NCBI GenBank assembly: GCA_965203295.1
Contig: CBDBCZ010000002.1
Coordinates: 1 to 24,374, forward strand
Length of the DNA stretch: 24,374 nucleotides
Origin: Nitrospirales bacterium
GTDB lineage: Bacteria; Nitrospirota; Nitrospiria; Nitrospirales; UBA8639
Reading direction: 5' to 3'
Positions 1 through 10,823 of the stretch are shown here, piece by piece (the first letter of the stretch is position 1; the number at the start of each line of letters is the position of its first letter). The translations under genes were made by a program, and so were the position numbers. The notes below the pieces were generated by a model that was given only the letters and a program-made list of their open reading frames with translations, had not been told where the DNA came from and made no database searches.

Positions 1-56
1 ACTAACCCTTACTAACCCTAACTAACCCTGACCCTTACCCCGACCCGACCCAAGCC
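1..56. repeat. Degenerate telomere-like repeats (C-rich strand), probable telomere/subtelomere junction
   Basis: actaaccctt actaacccta actaaccctg (10-bp period containing TAACCCT), then accctt/acccc/gaccc variants, running directly into the satellite. C-rich strand at the 5' end is the orientation expected at a left chromosome end. Confidence 0.6.
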
Positions 57-1407
57 TTACCTGAGGTTCAGCACCACTTTAGTGAGGCTTAACATAATAA
101 CTGTATTGAGGTTCAGCACTTCACAATTTGAAGGTCAGCACTTAGTTTACCAGAGATTCAGAACACAGCTATATTAGAGTTAAAAATTTTATGGTAGACC
201 TGAGGTTCAGCACATCACTATTGAGGTTCAGCACATAACACTAGAGACGCTCAAAACTTTAAAATTAAACCAGAGCTTCAGCACATCACAATTTTTAGGG
301 TCAGCACTTTCTGAACGTTTACTTGTTCAGCACACTGCTATTTTTAAGCAAAACATTTTTAATGGTTGACCTGAAGTTCAGCTAATCACTTTTGAGGATC
401 AGCATAAGTCAATTGAGGTTCAGCACGTTAAAAGTCAACCTGAGGTTCAACACATCACAATTTTGAGGGTGAGCACTTTTCGAAGGATTACCTGAGTCTC
501 AGCACATAATGCTTTAAAGGTAAACATTATAATGGTTGACCTAAGGTTCAGCACATAACTTTGTTGAGGTTCAGCACTTTTTATGGTCAACTAGAGTTTA
601 GCACATCACAAACTTGAGATTCAGCACTTTTCGAAGGTTTGCCTGAGATTAAGAACATGTTCAGCACATAACTCGACTTATGATTTAGAACTTTAAAGGT
701 CGATGTGAGGTTCAGGACATCACAATTTTGAAGTTTAGCACATTCTGAAGGTTTACCTGAAGTTTAGCTGTTTTAATGATTGTCCTGAGGTTCTGTACAT
801 AATTTTGAGGTTCAGCACATAATTCTATTGAGTTTCAACACTTTAAATCAAACCTGATCTTCAGCACATCACAATTTTCAGGGCTAGCACTTTGGAACAT
901 TTTTTTGGGGTTAAACACAGCTTTTTCAATTTTAAGCACTTTTAATGCTCGACCTGAGGTTCAGCACATCACTTTTTGAGATTCAGCAGATTACTTAATT
1001 GAGGTTCAGCACTTTAAAAAGCAACATGAAGTTCAGCACATTACAATTTCGAGGTTCAGGACTTTCTGTAAGTTATTTGAAGTTAAGCAATTTTTAATGG
1101 TTGTCCTGAGTTTCAGTTCATCACTTTGAGGTCCAGCATATCACTCTTTTGACGTCTAGCTCTTTAAAAGTTAACTTGAAGTTTAGCACAGCATTTTTGA
1201 GGTTCAGCACAATTCTATTTAGGTCAACACTTTGAAATTCAACCAGGATCAGCACATCACAATTTTTAGGGTCAGCATTTTGCAAACGTTTACTTGAGGT
1301 TCAGCACCCAACTATTTTGAAGTTAGGCATTTTTAGTTGTTGACCTGAGGTTCAGCACTTCACTTTTGATGTTCAGCACTTAGCTCAATTTAGGTGCAAC
1401 ACCTTAA

Positions 1408-2016
1408 CTTCACGCGAAGTGCAGGAAAACATGCACGCGTTATGATAGCCTACACGAAGTGCAGGAAAACGTGCATCCGGCATTTAACGAGTGTTGTAAC
1501 CACAGTGTTGTGTAGAAGCCAGGCTATTTATGCTCGATGGACACGTGGGGGCATCCCCCTTCTATACATACTTTGTGGGCGACGTCAGTAGCAAACTACA
1601 AAGTGCTGCAACCGGAAGCATATCGCGCGATGGCTGCCGATCGAGAAAAGCGTCTTGAAACCGTTGAATTTGTGACAGTACCAGTTTCTTGTGAATTGTG
1701 TTGGTGCCTAAGGATGTCTAACCCACTACGCTTCGTTTTACATTGCCACGGCCCCATGGCATGCGTCCTGATGCCTTCAAACGGGTGAGAATTTCAAACG
1801 GCTCTACATGCTTAGACTTTTGCCAATTCTAGCCAGCTAAAAACAGCTTTCTACTTTAGCAACGACTTAATACGGCATTGCTAAGTTAAAGCTTCTAGAC
1901 AAGCTTTTTAGGTCCAAATAAGCCATCAGAAAGCTGTCAATAGAAATCAATGGGAAAATTATTTAATTAATTATGCGTCCACGCCCACCCTACGTCATTT
2001 TACGTCGCGTGCAGAG
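1408..2016. mobile_element. piggyBac-like non-autonomous element A
   Basis: TTAA at 1404-1407 and 2017-2020; imperfect TIR (CTTCACGCGAAGT vs revcomp CTCTGCACGCGACGT); duplicated subterminal motif cgaagtgcaggaaaac(a/g)tgca at ~1414 and ~1455. Removing it restores the satellite (cf. 415-447). Confidence 0.75.
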
Positions 2017-2280
2017 TTAAAAGTCAACCTGAGGTTCAGCAAATCACAATTTTGTGTCAGCACTTTCTGAAGTTTACCTGAGGCTCAAAACAAAATGATT
2101 TAAAGTTAAACATTTTAATGGTTGACTTGAGGTTCAGCGCATAACTCTATTGAAGTTCAGCACTTTTAAGGTCAACTAGACTTCAGCACATCATAAACTT
2201 AAGATTCAGCACTTTCCGAAGGTTTGCCTGAGATTCAGTACATGTTCAGCACATAACTCGACTTAGGTTTTGCACTTTAA

Positions 2281-2934
2281 CCCTTTGAGCGCGGTACTTG
2301 ATTATTCATAACTTCCGCGTCACGCGGAAGGCAATTTAATTTTTGTCTACGGTGCATGTGCTCGCAGTTTTGTAGAGTTGTAGGCTATTTTCCATGCTGA
2401 ACGGCAACACTGGAAGCCAGGAAGTGTAAAACTATCGTTGTTTAGTGTGTAGCTGGTGTGCTAAAGTCCCTGCTATTGCAGAAGAGCGAATACAAACGGC
2501 AGCACTAAAGCCAACCTTGGTAGTCGCCATTTTCGTGTCTGTCCCCTCAACTACAGTGGTGAGTCGCTTCTGTTACTTCGTGCCGGTTCTGTTACTAAGT
2601 GCTGGATCTGTATCTAAGGCCTAGCGCTCTGACTGCAGCCATTCTCGGCGTTTTAGGCTTCAAAAGCCTTGTAGACGCTACCCGCGCCTTTGCCGCGTAC
2701 TAACTGTGCTACACAACTAAGCGTCAAGTGAACGCTTCGAACGACTTGTGGCGGGGATGGAGCTTTAGATCGATTGCTAAAGACCGTAGGGTTATCCCCC
2801 TAAAGTATCACGCATGCCATAAAATTGGAAGGGTCTGACCCGTAGCACTTACTATGGTGAGCGTATATATACGCTCGCCGCGATACGCGGAAGTAATTTT
2901 CGAGCGTATATATACGCTCGCCGCGTTCAAAGGG
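2281..2934. mobile_element. piggyBac-like non-autonomous element B
   Basis: TTAA at 2277-2280 and 2935-2938; TIR CCCTTTGA(G/A)CGCGG (13/14); internal inverted repeat acttccgcgt 2311-2320 / acgcggaagt 2885-2894; no transposase ORF. Confidence 0.9.
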
Positions 2935-3726
2935 TTAAGGGTCACCCTGAGGTTCAGCACATCACAATATTGAAGTTCAGCACTTTCTGATGGTTTACTT
3001 GAAGTTAAGCAGTTTTAATGTTAGTCCTGAGGTTCAGCACATTAGTGTTGAGTTTCAGCACATCTATTGAGGTTCGAAACTTTAAATTCAACCTAAGCTT
3101 CAGCATATCACAATTTTGAGGGTCAGCACTTTCCGAACGTTATCTTGAGGTTCAGCAGACAGCTATTTTGAAGTTAACCATTTTTAACGGTTGACCTGAT
3201 GTTCATCACATCACTTTTGAAATTTAGCGCCTAAAGTAATTGAGGTTCAGCACTTTATTTAAAAGTCAACCTGAGGTTCAGCACATTACAATTTTGAGGG
3301 TCAGCACTTTCCGTAGGATTACCTGAGGCTCAGCACATAATGATTTCAAGTTAATCATTTTTAATGATTGATCGGAAGTTCAGCACAACTCTATTGAAGT
3401 TCAGCACTTAAGGTCAACCTGAGTTTCAGTATATCACAAACTTGAAATTTAGCACTTTCTGAAGGTTTGCCTGAAATTCAGCACATGTTCAGCACATAAC
3501 GATTTTGGTTTAGCACTTTAAAGATCAACCTGAGGTTCAGCACATTATAATTTTGAGGTTCGGCACTTTCTGAAGGTTTATTTGAAGTTAAGCATTTTTA
3601 ATGGTTGTCCTGAGGTTCAGTTCATCACTTTTTGAGGTTTATCACATCACTCTATTGAGGTTCAGCTCTTTAAAGGTTAACCTGAAGTTCAGCACATCAC
3701 ATTTGAGGTTCAGCACATAATTCTAA

Positions 3727-5134
3727 GGGTATACATTGGTATACATGAGTATGCATGGGTATACACGGTTTAAAGTGGGTTAACGTGTTAACATGGGCAA
3801 ACATGGGTTAACATAGGTTAACGTGTGTATTCATGGGTAAACGTGTTAACGTGGATATACATGTGTACATGGGTATACATGTGTAAACATTGGTTAATGA
3901 GGGTATACATGAGTATACATGGATTAACGTGGGTTAACATGGGTTAACATAGGTAAATATGTGTTAACGTGGGTATACATGGGTTAACGAGAGTATACAT
4001 TGGTATACATGGGTATACAAGGGTTAACGTGGGTTAACATGTGTTAACATGAGTAAACATGGGTTAACATGGGTTAACGTGGGTATAGATGGGTAAACAT
4101 GGGTTAACGTGGGTATACATGGGTAAACATGGGTTAACATGGGTTAACATTGGTGAACATGGGTTAACATGGGTATACAAGAGTTAACGTGGGTATACAT
4201 GGGTATACATGGGTATGCATAGATATACATGGCTAACGAGTGTTAACGTTAACTAGGGGAACATGGGTTAACATGGGTATGCATGGGTTGACGTGGGTAT
4301 ACATGGGTATAATGGGTTAACGTAGGTTAACATTGGTTAACATACATAAACATGTGCTAACATGGGTATACAAGGGTATACATTGGTAAACATGGGTTAA
4401 CATGGGTTAACGTGGGTATACATTGGTAAACATGGGTTAATGTGGGTATACATGGCTTACCGTGGTTTAACATGGGTATACATGGGTATACATGGGTAAA
4501 TATGGGTTAACATGGGTATACATTGGTTAACATGGGTAAACATACGTTAACGTGGGTATACATGGGTATACATGGGTATACGTGGGTATACATGTGTTAA
4601 CGTGGGTTAACATGGGTAAACATGGGTTAACAATGGCATACATGAATATACATGGATAAACATGGGTTAATGTGGGTATACATGGTATACATCAGTATAC
4701 ATGGGTAATGTGGGTATACATGGGTATACACAAGTATACATGGGTTAACGTGGGTTAACATTGGTTAACATGGGTTAACGTGGGTATACATGGGTAAACA
4801 GGTTAATGTGTGTATACATGGATATACATGGGTTAACGTGGGTTAACATGGGTATACATGGGTACACATGGGTATACATGGGTTAACATGTGTTAACGTG
4901 GGTAAACATGGGTTAACATGGGTTAACGTGGGTTAACAAGGGTTAACGTGAGTTAACATGGGTTAGCGTGGATAAACATGATTATACATTGGTATACATG
5001 GGTAAACATGGGTAAACATGGGTTATCGTGGGTATACATGGGTAGGGTATACATGGGTATACATGGGTTAACGTGGGTTAACATGTGTATACATGGGTAT
5101 ACATAGGTTAACATGGGTATACTTGGGTTAACAT
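3727..5134. repeat. 10-bp satellite II (GGGTTAACAT / GGGTATACAT / GGGTAAACAT / GGGTTAACGT), ~140 units
   Basis: Continuous 10-bp periodic array directly visible, with sharp boundaries against satellite I on both sides. Confidence 0.97.
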
Positions 5135-6740
5135 CACATCACTGTTGAGATCTAGCGCTTTTTAGTTGTTGACTTGAGGTTCAGCACATTAACCTTTTAG
5201 GTTTTACTCCTTCAAATGTTTAACTGAGGTTTAGCAGATATTCAAGTTGAGTTTTAGCACTTTTCAAAAGTTAGCCTGAGGATCATTACACCTCTTTTTT
5301 GAGATACAGCACATCAAGGGTTAACCTGAGTTTTGGCACATCAGTCTACAAAGGTTCAGTACTTTTAAGGTTAACCTAAGGTTCAGCTGAACACTATGTT
5401 GAAGTTCAGCACTTTTCAATTGTTGACCTGAGGTTCAGCACATCACTGTTGATTTTCAGCACTTTTCAAAGGTTTATCTCAAGTTCATTACATCACTCTT
5501 CTGAGATACAAAATTTTGAAAGGCTGACCGGAGGTCAGCACATCACTCTACAAAGGTTCAACACTTTTATGCTGAAACTGAGGTTCAGCACATTAAGATT
5601 CAGCATTTTAATGTCAATCTGAGGTTCAACACATCATTCTACTGAGTGCTGCAATTTTCAGAAATACCAGAAGTTTAGCACTGTTGAGATTTAGTACTTT
5701 TCAGTGGTTGACCTGAGGTTCAGCACATCACCCTTTTGAGGTTCTGTACTTTCAAATGATGAACTGAGGATCAGCATATAACCATGTTGAGTTTCAGCAC
5801 TTCAAAAGTTAACCTTAGGTGCATATCACTTTTGAGGTACAACACTGATCAAAGGTTAACCTGAGGTTTAAACATCAGTCTACTAAGGTTCAGCACTTTT
5901 AAGGTACAATCTAAGGTTTAGCAAATAACACTGATGTTCAGCACTTTCAAATGTTAACCTAAAGCTCAGCACATCACTTTTTGAAGTAAAAAACTTTTGA
6001 AATTTTGACCTGACCATCACTAGATTACTCTACAGAGGTTCAACACTTTTAGGGTCAACCTGAGGTTCAGCACATTACTCTGTTGAGGTTCATTTTAAAG
6101 GTTCACCTGAGGTTCAACACCACTCTTATGAGGTTCAGCGCTTTTTAGTTTAGCCTAAGGTTCAGAACATCCCTCTTTTGAGATTCAGCACACTTCAGTG
6201 GTTGACCTGATGTTCAGCATTTTCTAAAATCAACCTGAGATTCAGCAGATCACTTGAGGAGCATTTTTATAAGTTCAATGTGAGGTTCAACACATCACTG
6301 TAATAAGGTTTAATACTTATAAGGTTGACTTGAGGTTCAGCACATTACCTTATTGGGTTCAGTGCAATGTTAAGTGAACCTGCACTTAAGCATATCACTG
6401 CTAAGGTTCTACACTTTGTAGACATGAGGTACAGTACATCACTTCACGCAGTTTCAGCTTTGTTTAGATCAGTTGAGGTTCAGCACATCCGTTCACAGAT
6501 TCAGCACTTTTTAGATTTACTTGATGTTCAGCACATCATTGAGGTTCAGCCCTTTTCTAAAGTCAATCTGAGGTTCAGCACATTTCTCGTTTGATGTTCA
6601 GCATTGTTTAAGGTTAACCTGTCAGAAAGACCTTATGAAGGTCTTTCTAAGGTACAGCACATCATTATATTGAGGTTCACCACCTTTTTGTTGACCTGAG
6701 ATTTAGGACATCACTCTAGGAAGCTTCAGCACCTTTTCAA
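5135..6740. repeat. Subtelomeric satellite I, block 2 (more diverged GAGGTTCAGCAC array)
   Basis: Same core (gttgacctgaggttcagcacatcac) in the same orientation as block 1. Confidence 0.9.
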
Positions 6741-7037
6741 GCCTGACAGAAAAATAATTGGCACTGATTGAGTAATAACCAGCACTTAATTTTTTTTTAA
6801 AATATTTCGCTGCATTTCATTAATAATTAGCAATAATTTTACGTAATTAGGTAACTATTTGGTTTTTACCAATACTAATTGTCAATGATGGCTTGATGGG
6901 TTGATAACAAGCTTATAATTTTTCAAAGGTAATAACAAGAATTAGCACTGATAGCTCATACCAGTTTTAGATACTAATTTGCAAATATAGCCATTAGTTT
7001 GCAATAACAAGTATTAATAAGCCATAACTTGCTTTAA

Positions 7038-7456
7038 ACCTTTGGCTTCCATGAGTGCCAAACAGCATTCTTAAAGTTCCTTGACTTACCTACCCTGTAT
7101 TGCTTTGTAATCTTCAGTAACGACAATGATCATATTCAGTTTAGGGTTATGTATTTAGCTCAGTACTGATCTATAAGCTATCTGTACAACTCCATAGGCC
7201 ATTTTATACTGTAGCTACTGCCTATCACTCATACACAATGCTTTAGCTAACCACTGCACTCAGCCAGAAGGTCACAAAAATATAATGCACGTAAAAGTCA
7301 CGGAACCTATCACGTTTTTATGGCATCATACCCCAGAAAAATGTTTCAGGGCCTTCGGCATTTTCCGCAGTAGAGTACAGCCGAAGACTGTACTAATTCA
7401 GATTAAAGGAGGCAAGCTCACACATATAATATATACAAATCTTTGGCGCCAAAGGG
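7038..7456. mobile_element. piggyBac-like non-autonomous element C (shorter, more decayed relative of E)
   Basis: TTAA at 7034-7037 and 7457-7460; ends acctttggcttcc ... ggcgccaaaggg; shares tatactgtagctactgcctatca, gctttagctaac, ctcagccagaa and aagctcaca blocks with 9244-9827. Confidence 0.85.
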
Positions 7457-8241
7457 TTAATAACCACTCAATGGTATTAACCAGCTTATATTTGTAATTA
7501 CTGCTGCTAATTCACTAATAAACTTTAAATTACTCTACTAAAAAGATCTCTCCGAGTAATTTTACTGTTCACAAAAAGATCCTGGGAGGATTGCCCTCTT
7601 TATTAGCCAGAAATTTTTCAATATTGAATATGTAGGTTACAATTAACAAATAACTGGCCCAGAAAGTATACACAGCACTAGTTAGTGCTCATTGCTCATA
7701 ACCAATATAAAAACAATAATTGGTTCTAATTAAAGCAATTTATCAGTCATTATTAGCATATATTATTAATTGTTTGTAATGGTTTCCAATTGGTTCATAA
7801 CTGGACATGATAATCTTAATTGGCAATGATTACAACTGGTAATAAGTAGTTCTAATTGCAATAACCTACACCATCTGCAATACTTGCAACTGATTTGTAA
7901 TAACGGCACAAATTATTCATTATGTCCACAAATGGGCTAATAAACAGGAGTTAATTATTCCAAAGTGAACAAAAGCAGAATTTTAACAAAGTTGAAGAAA
8001 TTAGCCGTCCGATGAGGAATAAGTGGCCCTAATTAGCATTGTTTGTGCTTAATCAGCACTAATAGGTAATAACTGGCCTTAATGACTAAAGCAGTAAAAA
8101 TAATGGACTCTGATTGTAAGCACCTAATTGTTTTTGAAAGTAATAATTAGCTTTGACGTTTGTAACTAGCAATAATTAAGTAGGTACCTATTTGGTACTA
8201 ACCCTAACTTACTAGCGATCATAACACTAACCTATTATTAA

Positions 8242-8996
8242 CCCTTTCTTCCCCATATTGCGCATGCGCATTACATCAGTCAATTGCCAGAATAATTTAA
8301 TTACGGCACGAGGATGGTAGTATGTTCAGTTTATGGCTTTGTAACGAAAGATGGGATGACTTGGACTAAACTCTACAGAACTGAAGAGAAGAGCCCCAAG
8401 CTTTCATTTGATGTCGGATTCAAGCATGATTAACGGAAGGAAAGTGCCAAGCGGCAGCGGATTTGCACTACCGAACGATAATTAAATATCATCGCCACTT
8501 ACTTTCTGGAAATGACGCCCTGAAGGACAAGCGGGACGTCCATAGACTTGTAGCGGTATTGTAGGAGACAGCTAGCCATATTTTCGAACTGCTACTGCTG
8601 TACAATAGCCTAGAATTCTGTTCTATATTTTATCGGTTCGTGAACAGATGGTATTTATTGCAGATTTTCAAGTGATCTGCCTGAGTATGTCCCTGAAAAT
8701 AGTGCTAAAATGAAGGAATCTGTCTGCTGGAGTGTCACTAACCACAGTGGGAATGTTTCTGGAGCGTCACCTTCCGGTAGAGTCTCGATCATATTCAACC
8801 CTTTACTCCAGATAGCAGCCAAAGGCGTACATTCACGGGGTTCGAATCCCGGACGGTGCATCCTTTCTTTTTCGTGAATTTTAAAAAGATTTTTTTTTTT
8901 TTAGTTCTTGCTTTGGGTGTAAAGGTTAATAACGTGTACACACGTCTACGGTAATGTAAACATATGACGTGTGTAGACGTCTACGGGCTTAAAGGG
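8242..8996. mobile_element. piggyBac-like non-autonomous element D
   Basis: TTAA at 8238-8241 and 8997-9000; termini CCCTTT(cttccc) / revcomp CCCTTT(aagccc); duplicated subterminal acgtgt....acgtctacgg at ~8931 and ~8967; GC-richer than its flanks. Confidence 0.75.
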
Positions 8997-9243
8997 TTAA
9001 TTAACAAGCATTTAACTGTCCACAATGTATTAACAAAAACCAATTAGCATTAATTGTGTACAGCATCTAACCAGTACTATGTACATATAATAACATCACT
9101 GACTTTCAATAATAGTAGCTGACTGGTAATAACCAGCACTTATTGTAATAATGGCCACTAGTTGGTCAATTAGCTGTTCTAAAACCAACAGAAAATAAGC
9201 ATGAATCTGCATGTAGAATTACTAGCTGGTTAATTACCTTTAA

Positions 9244-9827
9244 CCCTTTGGCTTCCGAGAGCGCCAAATGGCGCTCTTAAAATGCCTTGTCTTATCAGCC
9301 ACGTAGTGCCGCGTAGAACGCAGCAGCCACAACGATCATATCCTGTTTACTTTGTGCATGTATTGACCTCTGTACTGATATATATTTAATCAATATTCAT
9401 AGCTTCCTGTACGGATATAACAACCACAAAAATGTCGCTCTCGTGCGCTATTGCACTAGTCCGCGTGGCAACTTGTCTGGTCGGTGCTGCCTTCTGGTCT
9501 TCTCAGTTTCTGTAGGTTCTCTGCGTCTGTAACCCGTCTGTGCATCTCCAGAGCCTATTCTATACTGTAGCTACTGCCTATCAGTCATCATACTCCGTGC
9601 TTTAGCTAACTATCGTGCTCAGCCAGAATATCACAAATTTACAACGCGTTTACAAGTCACGTGACCTAACACGTGTTTTCATGGCAACGCATTGTGCCTA
9701 GCGCCTCAGGGGATTTCCCTCAGGGCATTCTGCTGTGCAGTAGGGCCTAGCAGGAGCCACTAATTCTGATTACTGGAGGTAAGCTCACAGACAAAAACAA
9801 TATTTACAAATCTAGGAAGCCAAAGGG
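9244..9827. mobile_element. piggyBac-like non-autonomous element E
   Basis: TTAA at 9240-9243 and 9828-9831; perfect 13-bp TIR CCCTTTGGCTTCC; subterminal palindrome agagcgcca-aa-tggcgctct. Confidence 0.92.
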
Positions 9828-10040
9828 TTAATATTTACAGTTCAAAAATGATTCAGAGAACTTTTGTTGAAAAGTAGCACTGATAAGTCATAACTAGCAC
9901 TAATTGCTAAATAACCAGCACTTTTTTGCAATATTTGAGGTAAAATAGTTCATAACCATAATTAACTGGTTTTAAAAAGATTATCAACACTAATTAAGCG
10001 GACATTAACGGTTTAGAAATTAGAAAGCTAACAATAAATA

Positions 10041-10620
10041 CCGTAAACTCTGATAAATAACCGGGGGCGGTTATAATTAGAATTAGCAGCCTCAATGGGC
10101 GGTTACTTTTACATGGGCAGGTATAATCACAGATCGGTTATTTTTGCAAAACAACCGTTAATAGCGTGGCAGATTTACAGAAACATCCCCTATGTTGAGA
10201 TCAGCCCGGTAGATGTGGTGTCCCTTGAGGTAGAAAGCCTTCAGGCAGGCAATCTGAACGAGCTCCATAGCTTTACCTTAGCTACTGTAGCTTAGTCTTG
10301 TTCTCAGAACCCTCCACTAACCGTAGCTATAGGGTTTTCTCGCTACGACTAATGTCGACTTGTTGGTTTTCACAGTCTGATTCTCGTCACTATTCTGTAC
10401 GGTCGTGTTCTACGCATTAGCTGCATGCTCTGCTTGCTATAGACATTCACACGTGCAAACGCTACAGATTCAATTTCCTGCCTGGGCTGCACGTGCAAAT
10501 TATGGGCGGTTATGTTTACATAGAAGGTTTTACACGCGAGTAAACTGTTGCAGTAAATTGATCGGTTATACTAGAGGGGCGGTTACCTTTAAGGGGGCGG
10601 TTATTTATCACATTTTACGG
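10041..10620. mobile_element. Tc1/mariner superfamily (Tc2/pogo-like, CCGTA termini) MITE
   Basis: TIR ccgtaaactctgataaataaccg vs revcomp ccgtaaaatgtgataaataaccg (21/23); TA at 10039-10040 and CA (mutated TA) at 10621-10622; repeated internal gggcggtta motifs. Confidence 0.8.
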
Positions 10621-10624
10621 CAGC

Positions 10625-10822
10625 TCGTATATACCTGTGTGTATACCCTTGTATAAATCAGTTTTCCTGTGTATACTAGTGTAAATCTGTGTACACTCGT
10701 GCAAACCAGATTACACCAGAGTATACTGGCATATACACATGTATTCTTAAGTATATCCGTGTGTATACCCTTGTAAATATAAATTTTCCTGTATGTACTA
10801 GTTTATGCATGTGTATACTTAC
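10625..10822. repeat. Degenerate GTATAC-rich repeat with ~122-bp direct duplication; resembles inverted satellite II
   Basis: gtgtgtatacccttgta...ttttcctgt...tactagt at 10637-10680 and 10759-10802; tgtataccc is the reverse complement of gggtataca. Confidence 0.6.
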
Positions 10823-10823
10823 T

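Larger units (their letters stand above)
57..3726. repeat. Subtelomeric satellite I, block 1 (core TGAGGTTCAGCAC every ~20-25 bp; ~46-bp dimer; ~585-bp higher-order repeat)
   Basis: Dozens of GAGGTTCAGCAC variants alternating 'aacctgaggttcagcacatcac' and 'ttgaggttcagcacttt'. Landmark gaaggtttgcctga..acatgttcagcacataac occurs at ~633, ~2218, ~3461. Interrupted by two TTAA elements. Confidence 0.92.
6750..10038. repeat. Highly degenerate AT-rich tandem repeat (TAATAACCAGCACTAATT-like), interrupted by three TTAA elements
   Basis: Recurring taataaccagcact / tagcactgata / cataactagcactaatt motifs at ~6773, 6943, 7672, 8052, 9127, 9875-9920. Confidence 0.6.

Noticed and set aside
57..6740. CRISPR-like look of a conserved GAGGTTCAGCAC core with variable spacers
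   Set aside because: The core is only ~12 bp and degenerate, spacers are ~10 bp and themselves repeated, there are no cas genes, and the context is eukaryotic. It is a satellite.
8835..8862. Functional tRNA gene
   Set aside because: Only a T-arm and 3' strand are visible; no 5' acceptor strand, D-arm or anticodon arm could be folded.
1394..10656. Short ORFs in the MITEs and satellites (1394, 1537, 6367, 7285, 8655, 10095, 10405)
   Set aside because: No recognisable transposase or other domain motifs; lengths are as expected by chance.
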